A DNA stretch of 63,854 nucleotides, counting the filler, from Chiloscyllium plagiosum (Eukaryota), in assembly GCF_004010195.1 (NCBI RefSeq). It is 3 parts of one record of this genome, joined end to end, with 100 filler letters (N's around TTAATTAATTAA, not from the genome) between each part and the next. Parts side by side here need not be neighbours in the genome. Positions count along the whole stretch, not along the records: positions 27,058 to 51,583 come from NC_057716.1; positions 51,684 to 63,854 come from NC_057716.1; 1 more part is not named here. One strand, given 5' to 3'. Of this stretch, positions 39,401 through 52,639 are shown piece by piece (within the stretch, counting starts at the first letter, position 1; every line of letters starts with the position of its first letter). The notes below the pieces were generated by a model, which was not told the DNA's origin, did no database searches, and saw only the letters and a list, made by a program, of their open reading frames with translations. The position numbers and the translations under genes were made by a program.

Positions 39401-42400
39401 AAGGTCGCAACAAACAACAGAGACTTGCCACAGTCCCATTTCTATGTTTGCACATCAATAATCCCTTTTTCTAATTTCCATGCAGCCTCTGACGGCATCA
39501 TTTGTTAGCACTGAACTGTTCCTATTTTTTATGGTGCTGATCCTCATCTCCTTACAGCACAATGAACAAGATGATGGATTCAACAGGATTATGTTTAATG
39601 CAGTTACACAATGGTTGCTTTTGAAGAGATGGCATAGATCTACAAAAGCTTTTTTGTAAAGAAGAAATATACCAATAATCTTCACCATTCAGCCCTGTGC
39701 TCTCTGATCTCCTAGTCTTGCAAATATCTCATGAAAATTGTCATCCTTGCTTTCAAATCCCTGCATGGCCTCCCCATTCCCCAACTTTGCAATCTCACCC
39801 AGTCCTATGATCCACTGAGGTTATTAAATTCTGACACCTTATGCTTTCCTGAATTCAACTGCTCCATGACCAGTGACTGCACTTCCAGGTGCCAAGGCCT
39901 CATGGTCCGGAATTTCCTCCCTAAATCTGCTTGTCCACCACTCTCTCCTCTAAGATACTTGTGAAAACTGATTTGCTTGAACAAGCATTTGGTCACCCAA
40001 GCTAATCTCTGATAACACTTGCAAAAGTCTAGAGATGAATGTTCTATTACTTTAAAAGTACTATATATATGCAAGTTTTCCTATTCACTCTTCAGTGCTT
40101 TACAACATTGTGCATATAGAGGTGTACTAGTTGAAGTGGAATTCTACTAGACTGACTTTTTTAAAATTCACTAACCTTTGCAGGTCTGCAGGTTTTAACA
40201 AGATTCTGGAAAGTAGCCAAACCTAGAAAATGTCTGCGCACTCCTAAATCGCAGCCCACACACCTCGAGTATTATGGCTAGCCGATACAAATTCAGCTAG
40301 ATCTAATTCAAAATGTTTAAACTGCAGAAAGCCTGAATCAGCTCATCTTCAGTAAATCATCATTAAACAATACAAGACAGGTAAGGAGAGAGCAAAACTG
40401 CAGAAAAAAGATTTAATTCTAGTTTCAAATAAAAATAAAACAGTTTGGGAATGTCCTCTGGGCATAAGATGCAAACAAGAAAAGTTAAACTACTTAGTCC
40501 TTTAGCATTAAAATAGTCCCATGGCATATTATAGCTGGAACTGGGAATCAGCATTTGCAAAGGAAAAATGAATTAGGTAACAAGCAGAAAATTTAATCCA
40601 AGAGACAGGTTTTAATAAAAAAAAAGGTTTGATGATAGAAAGGAAAATAAAAATCAAGGGAAAGTGGCCAAGCGAACCTGAGAAAGGAAAGACTCCAAAT
40701 ACCAATGGTGGGCTATACAGAATGATCAGAGAAGATCAGAATCAAATTATCAGCAGGACTCATGGAAATGGACAAAGTTATCAAACACAGATTTGCTTAA
40801 TACCGGAGTGGTGAAAGGGGATTCATAGATTCGATTTGATTTGAGTACATTAAGCATTAAAGTTTGTGGAGAGGGGAAGTTGGTTGGAAAGTAATTCTGA
40901 TAGGTCGGAGAGCAGGGTGAAGCAGATAGTTGGGGAGGAAGATGGACAAGTAGGACGGGTCGAGAGGGCAGTGCTGAATTGGAGGGTTGGATATGTGATT
41001 AGGTTAGGGGGGAGAATTTGGAAACTACTGAAGTCAATGTTGATGCCGTGTGGTTGAAGATCCCAAAGCAGAAGATGAGGTGTCCTTCTGGGTGGCTTTG
41101 ATTTGGCAGTGCATGTCCTTGGGGGAGTGGGAGGGGGAGTTGAAATGGCCAGTCACAAGGCAATGGGTTAGTCACAAGTATATTCACAGGAGACTGCAAA
41201 TGTTATTACAGATGTTTAGCAGGTCATTCAGCCTTTTGTGCCCATGCCAGGCAACAAAAATTAAACTACATAAATAAATATTCCAGATCATAGCCCACAG
41301 CCATGGAGGCTCTGGCATCGCAAGTGAATATCTAAACACTGCCTAAATGTTTGAACTTAACAATTTTATTACACAAAAGAAGCAAAGCAAATAAAGCCAA
41401 ACCTGGTATAGGTTTTGTTTAGAAAGAGCTTAACACAAACACCAAAATACATTTTCAACCCATTTCCCAACACTGTCTAATACACAGACTTAACTCCAGA
41501 GAAATATTACCCATCTCAGCTGATTAAATCTTTACTTAATTGCTGCTCTTCAGTTTATTTCCTTTGGACGGTTGAGACCTTTCGTTTTAAGAATGATTCC
41601 TGAGAGTTTGTTGGCATGAACCTTCCCGATGACCTAAACATTTTCATTTTCAACAAGTTGAAGATGACTATCCAAACTCTCCTAGGTTGGAAGCTGCAGA
41701 AACTAGAAACTGCTTCTGCCAAGATAACTCATTTTCTTGAAATAAACTGAAAACCATGGTTCTCCTTCAAGGAGAAACATCTGCATTCTGAACGGAACCC
41801 TGGGTTCTTTCAAACTAAAGCCTTGTTGATGAACAGGGGTTTAATGCAAAGCATAGTCTGCTTCATGGGGAAGCAAAATTGAGACAACTGCCCTTATCAT
41901 CTGACAGCCACGTGAAACAAACTGATCAAGAGTATTACTACACCCTGAACATACTTCTCTCCTTCACCATTCAGGATAGCTGTGGCATATCAGTGAAAAG
42001 GATAGCAAAAGAAGAAAATAATCTGAGTTTGTTAATTTAAACATATGGTAAGGTCTGCAATGGACTATTAACAGTTTGATAGTACACAAAACACCAGGAA
42101 AGCAATAGTGAATTCATGATACTACATGCCCAAGTCTGCAAATAATTACCAAATTGCGTGAAATGCAACACTCCCTTCCCTGCTGGCCATATAAAATAAT
42201 TGCCATTTGCAATATAACCAGCCTAAATCCCTGCTTTTATCCCCATATACTATGCCTATAATCTGGAGTTTACTCTACAGGACATAATCCCTCAGTAAGA
42301 GTCACTCGAGGGAAGCAATAGCTAAGTAGCATTATCGCGAGACTATCAATCCAGAAACTCAGCTAATGTTCTAGGGACCAGAGTTTGAGATGAAGGCTGA

Positions 42401-44941
42401 ATTTAATTAACTAAATCATTTTTTTAAAATGTGGAATTAAGAATCTTCTGATGACCATGAAATCATTGTCAAAATATCTTACCTGGCTCACTAATGCCCT
42501 CAGGGAAGGAAATCTGCCATCCTCATCTAATCTGGCCCACATGCACCTCCACATCCAGAGCAATGTGGTCAACTTTAAACTGGCCTTTGAAATGACCTAG
42601 CAACTAACTCCGTTGTATCAACTGCTCTGAAATATCAAGAAATAAATGAAACCAAACGGAGCACTGGCATCGACCTAAGCACTAGAAATGACAATGGCAG
42701 AAACCGCTTTGTGGACCCTCCAACATCTGGGGTTCATGCCCAAATTTGGAGAGCTATCTCATGCACTGGTCAAGCAACAGCTTGACAAAGTCATTATCAC
42801 TGATTCATATCTTACAATACCTCAGAAACCACCTTCATCATCCCTGGAGATGTCGTGTTCCACTGGCAAGCAGAGGTGGGAGCATAGTGGTACAGTCAGG
42901 AAGGCGTTGCCTGGGAATTCCTAACATTGACTCAAGATCCCACGAAGTCTCATGGTTTCAGGTTAAACATGGACAAGGAAACTTCATGCTGATTACCATG
43001 TACCATCGCCTCTCAACTGATGAATCAGTACTCCTTTACGTTGAGCAACACTTGGAGAAAGTAGAGAGTGTGGTATGGGTGGGGTACTTTAATGACCACC
43101 AACAGTAGCTCAGCAGCAGCACTAATGATCGAGCCTGTTGGGTCCGAAAGATCAAAGCTGCTAGGTCATTTGCAAGAGATGATGATGGAAGCAAGAGAGA
43201 AAAATACACTTGACCTCACCTTTACCAATCTGCCCGCTGCAGAGGCAGGTACATGACATTATTAGTAAGAGTGACCATTGCATGGTCCTTGTGATGACAA
43301 TGTCCCACTTTCACACTGGACAAAGTTTGAACAGATCTAGCAAATCAGGTTTGGGCATTCATGAGGCACAATGGGCCATCAACAACAGCACAATTGTACT
43401 CAACACAATCTGCAACCTCATAGCCCACAATATCCCCCACTCAACATTACCATTAAGCCAGGAGATCAACCCTGGTTCAATGGACAGTACAGAAAGGCAC
43501 GACAGCAGTAGTACCAGGCATACCTAAGAATTGTGAAGCTACCAAACAGGACTATATCATTAGCAGCAAGTAACAGACAGAGCTAAGCAATCTCACAAGC
43601 AAAAGATCAGATCTAAGCTCTTCAGTCCTACCACATCCAGTCATGAATGATGGTGGACAATTAAACAACTCACTGGAAGAGCCCAACTCATCAATGCAAA
43701 AGTTAAGGCTCAAGTATTTGCAGGAATTTTTAGTCAGAAATGAAGATTTTGGCTTTTTAAGTAGGCTTTTTTAAGTAATTCCCAGCACCACAGACACCGG
43801 TCTTCAGCTATTTCAACTCATGCTGTGATATCAAGAAACACTGGAGACACTGGATACTACAGGGGCCCTAACAACATTCTGGCAATAGTACTGAAGACTT
43901 GAGCTCCACAACTTGCCGCTCCCCTAGCCAAGCTCTTTCAGTATGGTTACAGCATTGGAAACTACCTGACAATGTGGAAAATCACCCAGGTATGTCCTGG
44001 GTACAGAAGGTGGGACAAATCCAACCTGGCCAATTACTGCCCCAGTCTATTCTCAATCAACAATGAAGTGAAGGAAGGTGTCATCAACAGTGCTACCAAG
44101 TGGCATCTGCTCAGCAATAACCTGCTCAGTGATGTCCAGTTTGGGTTCTGCCAGGGCCACGCAGCTTTTGACCTCATTGCAGTCTTAGGTTCAAACATGG
44201 ACAAAGGAGCTGAATTCCAGAGGTAAGGTGAAAGTGACTGCCCTTGACATCAAGGTGTACTTGACTGAGAGTTGCATCAAGGAACCCTACCAAAACTGGG
44301 CTCAGTTGGTATCAATTGCATAGTCTCTGCTGGTTGGAGTCATACCTGGTACATAGGAAGATGGTTGTGGTTGTTGGAGGTCAGTCATTTTAGTTCCTGG
44401 ACATCTCGGCAAGAGTTTCTCAAACTATTGTCCGAGACCCAACCATCTTCAGCAGCGTAACCAATAATCTTCTCTCCATCATAAGGTCAGAAGTGGAGAT
44501 ATTCGCCGATGATTGCAGAATGTTCAGCTTCATTCATGATTCCTCAGAGATTGAACCAATTCATGTTCAAATGCAACAAAACATGGACAATTTCCAAGCT
44601 TGGACTAATAAATGGCAAGTAACATTTGCACCACAGAATTTCCAGGCAATGGCCATCTCCAGAAGCGACAATCTAACCACTGCCCCCTGACATTCAATGG
44701 CACTACCATCTTTGAATATCCAACTATCAACATCCTGAGAGTTACCATTGACCAGAGGTTCAACTGGACTTGCCATAAAGATAACAGGTCACAGCAGGTC
44801 AGAGGCTAGGAATACTGCTGCCAGTAACTCACCTCCCAACTCCCCAAAGCCAATCTACAATGTACAAGGCACAAGTCAGGAGTGAAAAATGTGTTGCTGG
44901 AAAAGCGCAGCAGGTCAGGCAGCATCCAAGGAGCAGGAGAA

Positions 44942-44973
44942 TCGACGTTTCGGGCATTAGCCCTTCTTCAGGA
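44942..44973 (-). ncRNA. Minimal hammerhead motif (PLE family B)
   Basis: Minus strand UC-CUGAAGA-A-GGGC(UAAU)GCCC-GAAA-CGUC-GA. Confidence 0.72.
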
Positions 44974-45985
44974 ATGAGGAGGATGTGCCAAGCAGGCTAA
45001 GATAAAAGGTAGGGAGGAGGGACTTGGGGGAGGGGCGTTGGGAATGCGATAGGTGGAAGGAGGTTAAGATAATGCTTTAGGCTTTCAGATAGAAGCTTCT
45101 AAAATTTCTTGTGGGAGCGTGGAGTAACACCCATAACTTGGGAAAGGTTTGTATGAAGCTGAAAGCTCAGTTATATGACAAATGAAGATGAGGCTATCAA
45201 AGTCTTAAAACTGGAAATTGAAGCCGCAGCTAAGTCAAAACCGATGTGGAATAGAGAAGGGAATTCTTTTTGGTTTTGGAATATTGCACTTAGAACTAAA
45301 GTAGCCATTACATTATTTTTAAATTGTGTACCCCAGTTCTAGACTTCCCAATCAGGAGCCTGTATCTGTGATATTTACCCCTTGAAATATTTTGTAAGTT
45401 TCTGAGATCATATTTCATTCTTTGAAACAATAGAGAATACGGTCCAGTTTGCCCAATCTCACTTCATAGAACAGTCTTGCCATCTAAAGAATTAAAGTCA
45501 AAAAACTGCTGATGCTGGAATCCAAGGTAGACAAGCAGGAGGCTGCAAGACCACAGCATGTCAGGCAGCATCAGGAGATGGAGAAGTCAACTTTTTGGGT
45601 ATAATGTTCAGGACTGAGGTGGGTGTGAGGGAAGCTTCAGATGATCTTTTTCCACGTATGGAGTCAGCTATTACGAGGGGGCATAGCTTTAAATTAAGGG
45701 GTGGTAGGTATAGGACAGATGTTTTACTCAGCGAGTCGTGAGTTCATGGAATGCTCTGCCAGTAGCAGTGGTGGACTCTCCCTCATTATGGGCATTTAAG
45801 CGGGCATTGGATAGGCATATGGAGGATAGTGGGCTAGTGTAGGTTAGGTGAGCTTGGATCGGCGCAACATCGAGGGCCGAAGGGCCTGTACTGCGCTGTA
45901 TTCTTCTATGTTCTATGTATCCTTGGTGGTGGGGTCTGTTTGGAGGTGACGGAAATGACAAAGGATGATACGATGTATCTGGAGG

Positions 45986-46321
45986 TTAGATTAGATTAGA
46001 TTACTTTTACAGTGTGGAAACAGGCCCTTCGGCCCAACAAGCCCACACCGACCCGCCGAAGCGTAACCCACCCATACCCCTACATTTACCCCTTACCTAA
46101 CACTACGGGCAATTTAGCATGGCCAATTCACCTGACCTGCATATCTTTGGACTGTGGGAGGAAACCGGAGCACCCGGAGGAAACCCACGCAGGGTTTCCT
46201 CAACCACGTCTGAGGGGAGAACGTGCAAACTCCACACAGTCAGTCGCCTGAGGCGGGAATTGAACCTGGGTCTCTGGCGCTGCGAGGCAGCAGTGCTAAC
46301 CACTGTGCCACCGTGCCGCCC
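45986..46321 (-). mobile_element. HE1/V-type SINE nested in the PLE RT fragment
   Basis: Near-identical to 28300-28621; AGGTT duplicated at its ends. Confidence 0.88.
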
Positions 46322-48519
46322 ACCAAGGTTGGTGTGGTAGGTGAGGACCAGTGGGGTTCTGTCCTGGTGGCGATTGGAGAGGCAGGGTTTAAGGGCGGAG
46401 GAGCAGGAAGTGGAGGAGATGCGGTGGAGAGCATCGTCAACCACGTCTGAGGGGAAATTGCGGTCTTTGAAGAAGAAGGCCATCTGGATTGTTCGGTATT
46501 GGAATTGGTCCGCCTGGGAGCAGACACGGCGGAGGCGAAGGAATTGGGAATATGGGATGGCGTTTTTACAGGGGGCAGGGTGGGAGGAGGTGTAATCTAG
46601 GTAGCTGTGGGAGTCGGTTGGTTTATAGTGAATGTCCGTGTTGAGTCGGTCACCTGAGATAGAAATGGAGAGGTCTAGGAAGGGGAGAGAGGAGTGTGAG
46701 ACGGTCCAGGTAAATTTGAGGTTGGGGTGGAAGGTGTTAGTAAACAAGTCAGGAGTGTGATGCAAAACTCCCACTTACCTGGATGGGTGCAACACTGAAG
46801 AAGCTTGACACCATCCAGGTCAAAGCTGGCCACTTGACTGGCAGCACATCTACTCCCTCCACGACTAACGCTTAGTCGCAGCAGTGATCACTATCTACAA
46901 GATGCATTGCAAAAATTCACCAAACATCCTTTGACAGCACGTTCCAATCCATGACCATTTCCATCTAGAAGGACAAGGGCAGCAGATACAATTGAACACC
47001 ACCACCTGCAAGTTTCCCTCCAAGCTATGAACCATCTTAACTTGAAAATATATTGTTATTCTGTCACTGTCAGTAGGTCAAAATCCTGGAATTCCCTCCC
47101 TACCGAAAATTGTGTGTCAACCTACAGCACATGGACTGCAGGGGTTCAACAAATCAGCTCACCACCACCTTCTCAAGGGTAACTAGAATTGGGCAATTAA
47201 TGCTGGCCAGGCTGCAACTCCCACATCCCACGATTGAATAAAAAGTCTCGTGATCTAAGAATAACTCAAAATAGTCCCTAGTCAATGAAGATTTTCTGAA
47301 GAATTATTATTCTAATGAGGAAACATTGATAGACAATTTGAATTTAGCAATTTACATTTAATCAGTAATGGATCATCGACTTTGCCTGATACTAGTTAAG
47401 AAATAAATGTTGGCCAAGACACTGGGAGAACTCCCATGCTCTTCTCTGAAACTGTGCCATGGGAACTTTTAGAACCACTCAGTGGAGCAGACATGTCTCA
47501 GCTGAAAGACAGCACTTCCACAAGTGCAGCATGCCCTCAGTACTGCAGTGGAAGAGTTAAACTGGATGGTGTGCTCAAATATCTGAAGTGGGACTTAAAG
47601 CCATGATTTCAGAGTTCACAGGAGAGTGTGCTACCCAATAAGGCAAGTTGATATTAGTTCAGTATCAAATGGATACATAGAGACAAGGTTTGGCATTATT
47701 GTTCTTAAGTCATATATATCACATTCCCAATTCCTTTGTATTCTGGATGTAGAATGTCCCTGATCGCAAACCCACTATTTCCCCAGGACAGTTCTGGTGC
47801 CTGTCTGTACACACTCACATCCAGATCTGCTAAAAAAGTGGTTGTTGGCTGACACTTGCTATTGCCTCTGGAGGTTTACAGCACTGCACAAAGGTCATAC
47901 AAGATCACTGGAGTTAGATTCAGGTTCAAGCATATGAGCTTCTTGAGCTTGTTTCACCATGCAATTAGATCATGGCAATCTCATTCAAGTTTACTTTCCA
48001 TTCCACATTCATTAATACCCTTGCTTAATAAATATTTATTAACCTCAGTTCTTGAATGACACACAACCTCAAACTTTGGTTAAGGGACAGTGTCCAGTGT
48101 TCAGTGTGCCACTACCCTTATTGTGAAGAAGTGCTTTGCGACAATATCCCTGATTAGCCTAGCTCTAAGATTACACCCTCCTGCCTTAGACTCCCCACCT
48201 TGGAAAACAGTTTCTCATTGCTTACCTCAAATCATTTAACAATTTTATGTCTTTCAATTTGATCACTCCTTAAACTTTTATACTCAAGGATTACAAGCTG
48301 AGGCCATACAGCCCATCTTTGCAATTTAGCCTTTTTTATGTAAATTAGGGCATCTGTATCCATTCCAGGACTGAACGTATCCTTCCAGAACAGAAGCATT
48401 CCCAATGAAATCTTACCAGAGCTCTTCATGACAATAACATAACTTTCATGCATTTGTATTCTTGCTCCTTGACAGAAAAATAAACATTAGCTTTTCTAAA
48501 ATTATTCATCCTTCATCAG

Positions 48520-49565
48520 TCAGAGCATTGAGTACAGACTTGGAATGTTATATTAAGGCTGTACAACTTATTGCTTAGCCACATTTAAAGTGCTGTGCAC
48601 AATTCTGGTCGCCCTGCTATTGGGAGGATGTTATTAAACTGTAAAGGGTGCAAAAAAGATTTACAAGTCGGTTACCCAAGACTGGAGGGTTTGAGTTAGA
48701 TGCAGAGGCTGGATAGGCTGGGATTTCTTTCCCCGGAGCAGAGGAAGCTGAAAGGTGACCTTAAAGCTGTTTATAAAATCATGAAGGGCATGATCAGAGT
48801 GAATAATCAAGGTTTTTCGTCCCCAGGATAGCGGAGTCCAAAACTAGATGGCATAGGTTTAAGGTGAAAGGGGAAACATTTAAATGAGGCTTCAGGGGAA
48901 ACTTTTTCACACAGCATGGTGCACGTATGGAACAAGCTGCCAGGGTTGGAGGATTTGAGCTATAGGGAGAGGCTGAACAAGCTGGGGCTGTTTTCCCTGG
49001 AGCTTCAGAGGCTGAGGGGTGACCTAATAGAGGTTTACAAAATTATGAGGGGAATGGATAGGATAAATAGACAAAGTCTTTTCACTGGGATCGGGGAATC
49101 CAGAACTAGAGGGCATAGGTTTAGGGTGAGAGGGGAAAGATATAAAAGAGACCAAAGAGACAACTTTTTCACACAGCAGGGGGTGCATGTATGGAATGAG
49201 CTGCCAGAGAATGTGGTGGAGGCTGGTACAATTTCAACATCCTAAGAGGCATTTGGATGGGTATATGAATAGACAGGGTTTGGAGGGATATCGGCCGGGT
49301 GCTGGCAGGTGGGACTAGATTGGGTTGGGATATCTGGTCGGCGTGGACAGGTTGGACCGAAGGGTCTGCTTCCATGCTGTATGACTATGACTCTAAGAAG
49401 TGGTAGAGGTGAGTATAATTACAATTTTTAAAAGATATTTGGGCATGTATTGGATAAGGAAAGGTTGAGAGGGACATGGGCCAAATGCAGGCAGATGGGG
49501 CTAGTTCAATTTAGGGAGTCTGGTTGGCATGGATGAGTTGGGCCGAAGGGTCTGTTTTGGTGCTT
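48520..49565 (+). mobile_element. Nested CR1 fragments (younger copy about 48941-49395 inside an older one)
   Basis: Two consecutive ORF2 tails; ORF 48916-49245. Confidence 0.8.
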
Positions 49566-50624
49566 TGTTATTAGTGGGCAATACATGACCACTACTTCCA
49601 ATAAGCTACGTGTCATTAGAGGCAACTTAATAAGATATGCTGAGCACTGAACAAGATTGGTCAGTGGTAGCCAGTGTGTGGAAACAGTTGGTGCAAAGCA
49701 CACTATTTGACTTGCTGAACCATCAAAGCAAGCAGAGAACCAGCCCTAAAATTTCAGGCCAGCAATCAGGCATTACCTTCACATGTTTTTCTAAAAGTAA
49801 AAATGTGTGAGATTTTGAATGCAGAAAATTATTCGAAAGAAAGACCAATGAAAAACTGCTTACTTTCTCTATTAGGAAGCATTACATAACTCACTCACGA
49901 TAACTAGGAGATTGCTCTCTTGAGCAGGAAGAATCATCCGTCTTCTAGCACCTAATTATCCATCCTCTAACAATGTAGATAAATCACTGTTTATTTTGGT
50001 AGAGAAAAGGAGGGGACAATTTTTGAGAGCTGTAATAAATTATCAAATTACTGTGGAAGTTAAGTGCTCCTTGTGGGTTTGCAATATGTGAAAGATAGTA
50101 AAGAAGTGTCACTGATAGAGAGATGAACAACAGAGAGGAACACAACAGTGTGACTGGGTAGAATGTCATTCCAAGGTTGTTCAGTAGACAGTTATATACA
50201 GTACCTGTACTACACATAATTTGTCCTGTGTTTTCTTGATCCATTCACAGGTTGTGCATATCACTCGGCAAAAGTGAGGACTGCAGATGCTGGAGATTAG
50301 AGTAGAAAGTGTGGTGCTGGAAAAGCACAGCAGGTCAGGCAGCATCAGAGGAGCAGAAAAATGGACGTTTCAGGCAAAAGACCTTCATCAGGATATAACT
50401 GCATTTCACTGACTAGTCTAGATGCTGAACTGTAACATCTTAACTCAGACAGCCAACAAGGCTAGAAACCAGAGCTCACACTGAGCAGAGTAGTCAGACT
50501 GGTTCACATTGGCTGTGGAAGTTAAATGGCAGGTCCTTAACTGCAACATTTTTATTTCCCATCCTAAACTGCCCTTTAAAAACTGATGGTGAGCTACCTT
50601 CTTGAACTGTAGTCTATGTGGTTT

Positions 50625-51583
50625 AGACAATATACAATAGACAATAGGTGCAGGAGTAGGCCATTCTGCCCTTCAAGCCCGCACCACCATTCAATATGAT
50701 CATGGCTGATCATCCTTAATCAGTATCCTGTTCCTGCCATATCTCCATAACCCTTGATTCCACAATCCTTGAGAGCTCTATCCAACTATTTCTTAAATGA
50801 ATCCAGAGACTGGGCCTCCACTGCCCCCTGGGGCAGAGCATTCCACACAGCCACCACTGTCTGGGTGAAGAAGTTTCTCCTCATCTCTGTCCTAAATGGT
50901 CTACCCGTATTTTTAAGCTGTGTCCTCTGGTTCGGCACTCACCCATCAGCAGAAACATGTTTCCTGCCTCCAGAGTGTCCAATCCTTTAATAATCATAAA
51001 CGTCTCAATCAGATCCCCTCTGAGTCTTCTAAAGTCAAGGGTATACAAGCCCAGTTGCTCCTGTCTTTCAGTGTAAGGTAATCCCACCATTCCAGGAAAT
51101 GACCTTGTGAACCTACGCTGCACTCCCTCAATAGCCAGAATGTCTTTCCTCAAATTTGGAGACCAGAACTGCACACAGTACTCCAGGTGTGGTCTCACCA
51201 GGCCCTGTACAGCTATAGAAGAACCTCTTTGCTTCTATACTCAATCCCTCTTGTTATGAAGGCCAGCATGCTATTAGCCTTCTTCACTACCTGCTGTACC
51301 TGCATGCTTACCTTCATTGACTGGTGTACAAGAACACCCAGATCTCTCTGTACTGCCCCTTTACCTAAATTGATTCCATTTAGGTAGTAATCTGCCTTCC
51401 TGTTCTTGCCACCAAAGTGGATAACCATACATTTATCCACATTAAACTCCATCTGCCATGCATCTGACCACTCACCTAAACTGTCCAGGTCACCCTGTAA
51501 TCTCCGAACATCCTCCTCACATTTCACCCTGACACCCAGCCTAGTATCATCAGCAAATTTGCTAATGTTATCACTAATACCAT
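50625..51583 (-). mobile_element. CR1-like LINE 3' part, cut by a gap
   Basis: LQGDLDSLGEW..WQMEFNVDKC, RPHLEYCVQFWSP. Confidence 0.88.
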
Positions 51584-51683
51584 NNNNNNNNNNNNNNNNN
51601 NNNNNNNNNNNNNNNNNNNNNNNNNNNTTAATTAATTAANNNNNNNNNNNNNNNNNNNNNNNNNNNNNNNNNNNNNNNNNNNN
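51584..51683. other. Assembly gap with artificial linker
   Basis: 44 N + TTAATTAATTAA + 44 N. Confidence 0.95.
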
Positions 51684-52003
51684 CTCAGTCCCAACCCTCA
51701 GACTCAGCACTGCCTTCTTGACCTGCAATCTTCTTCCCGACCTCTCTGCCCCCACCCCTCTCCAGCCTATCACCCTCACCTTAACCTCCTTCCACCTATC
51801 GCATTCCCAACACCCCTCCCCCAAGACCCTCCTCCCTACCTTTTATCTTAGCCTGCTTGGCACACCCTCCTCATTCCTGAAGAAGTGTTTATGCCTGAAA
51901 CGTCGATTCTCCTGCTCCTTTGATGCTGCCTGACCTGCTGCGCTTTTCCAGTAACACATTTTTCAGCTCTGATCTCCAGCATCTGCAGTCCTCACTTTCT
52001 CTT
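51684..52003 (+). mobile_element. PLE family B terminal repeat next to a gap (other solo copies near 22053-22178, 26750-26957, 30195-30520, 50270-50393)
   Basis: Same sequence as the 3' end of the 58653-60010 element. Confidence 0.75.
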
Positions 52004-52602
52004 ACAGAAGTTGGGAGGTCATGTTGCGGCTGTATAGGTCATTGGTTAGGCCACTGTTGGAATATTGCCTGCAATTTTGTTCTCCTTCCTATCAGAAAGA
52101 TGTTGTGAAACTTGAAAGGGTTCAGAAAAGATTTACAAGAATGTTGCCAGGGTTAGAGAATTTGAGCTGTAGGGAGAGGCTGAACAGGCTGGGGCTGTTT
52201 TCCCTGGAGCGTCAGAGGCTGAGGGGTGACCTTTTAGAGGTTTACAAAATTATGAGGGGCATGGATAGGATAAATAGACAAAGTCCTTTCCCTCTGGTGG
52301 GGGAATCCAGAACTAGAGGGCATAGATTTAGGGTGAGAGGGGAAGGATATAAAAGAGACCTAAGGGATAACTTTTTCACACGGAGGGTGGTACGTGTATG
52401 GATTGAGCTGCCAAATGAAGTGGTGGAGGCTGGTACAATTGCAACATTTGAAAGGAATTTGGATGGGTATATGAATAGGAAGGGTTGGAGGGATATGGGC
52501 CGGGTGCTGGCTGGTGGGACTAGATTGGGCTGGGATATCTGGTCAGCGTGGGCGGGTTGGACCGAAGGGTCTGTATCCATGCTGTACATCTCTATGTCTC
52601 TC
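52004..52602 (+). mobile_element. CR1 LINE 3' fragment
   Basis: ORF 52021-52620, same family as 1-622. Confidence 0.9.
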
Positions 52603-52639
52603 AACACAATGTTTGTATAGTCTATAGTGCTCTGCATCT

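Larger units (their letters stand above)
44885..46743 (-). mobile_element. Composite PLE family B insertion inside a LINE
   Basis: Terminal repeat 44885-45068 and RT fragment about 45915-46743 (NTFHPNLKFTW..PFLD..YKPTDSHSYL); 14-bp TSD ACAAGTCAGGAGTG at 44871-44884 and 46744-46757. Confidence 0.8.
42310..47245 (+). mobile_element. Degenerate near-full-length LINE (CR1/L2 group), interrupted by the 44885-46743 insertion
   Basis: Endonuclease-like EVSWFQVK..LITMY, LDLTFTNLP, SDH; RT-like ANYCP, QFGF, IFADD; 3' tail GGGCAATTAATGCTGGCC. Confidence 0.75.

Noticed and set aside
40170..40250. RRHFLG...K|gttag as the missing CPO exon
   Set aside because: Spacing and residues do not fit the G.TYE..P.Y.LK pattern; no matching acceptor.
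47819..47870. Short minus-strand exon-like segment ending GAT|gtgagt
   Set aside because: Unrecognisable peptide, weak acceptor; expected by chance.
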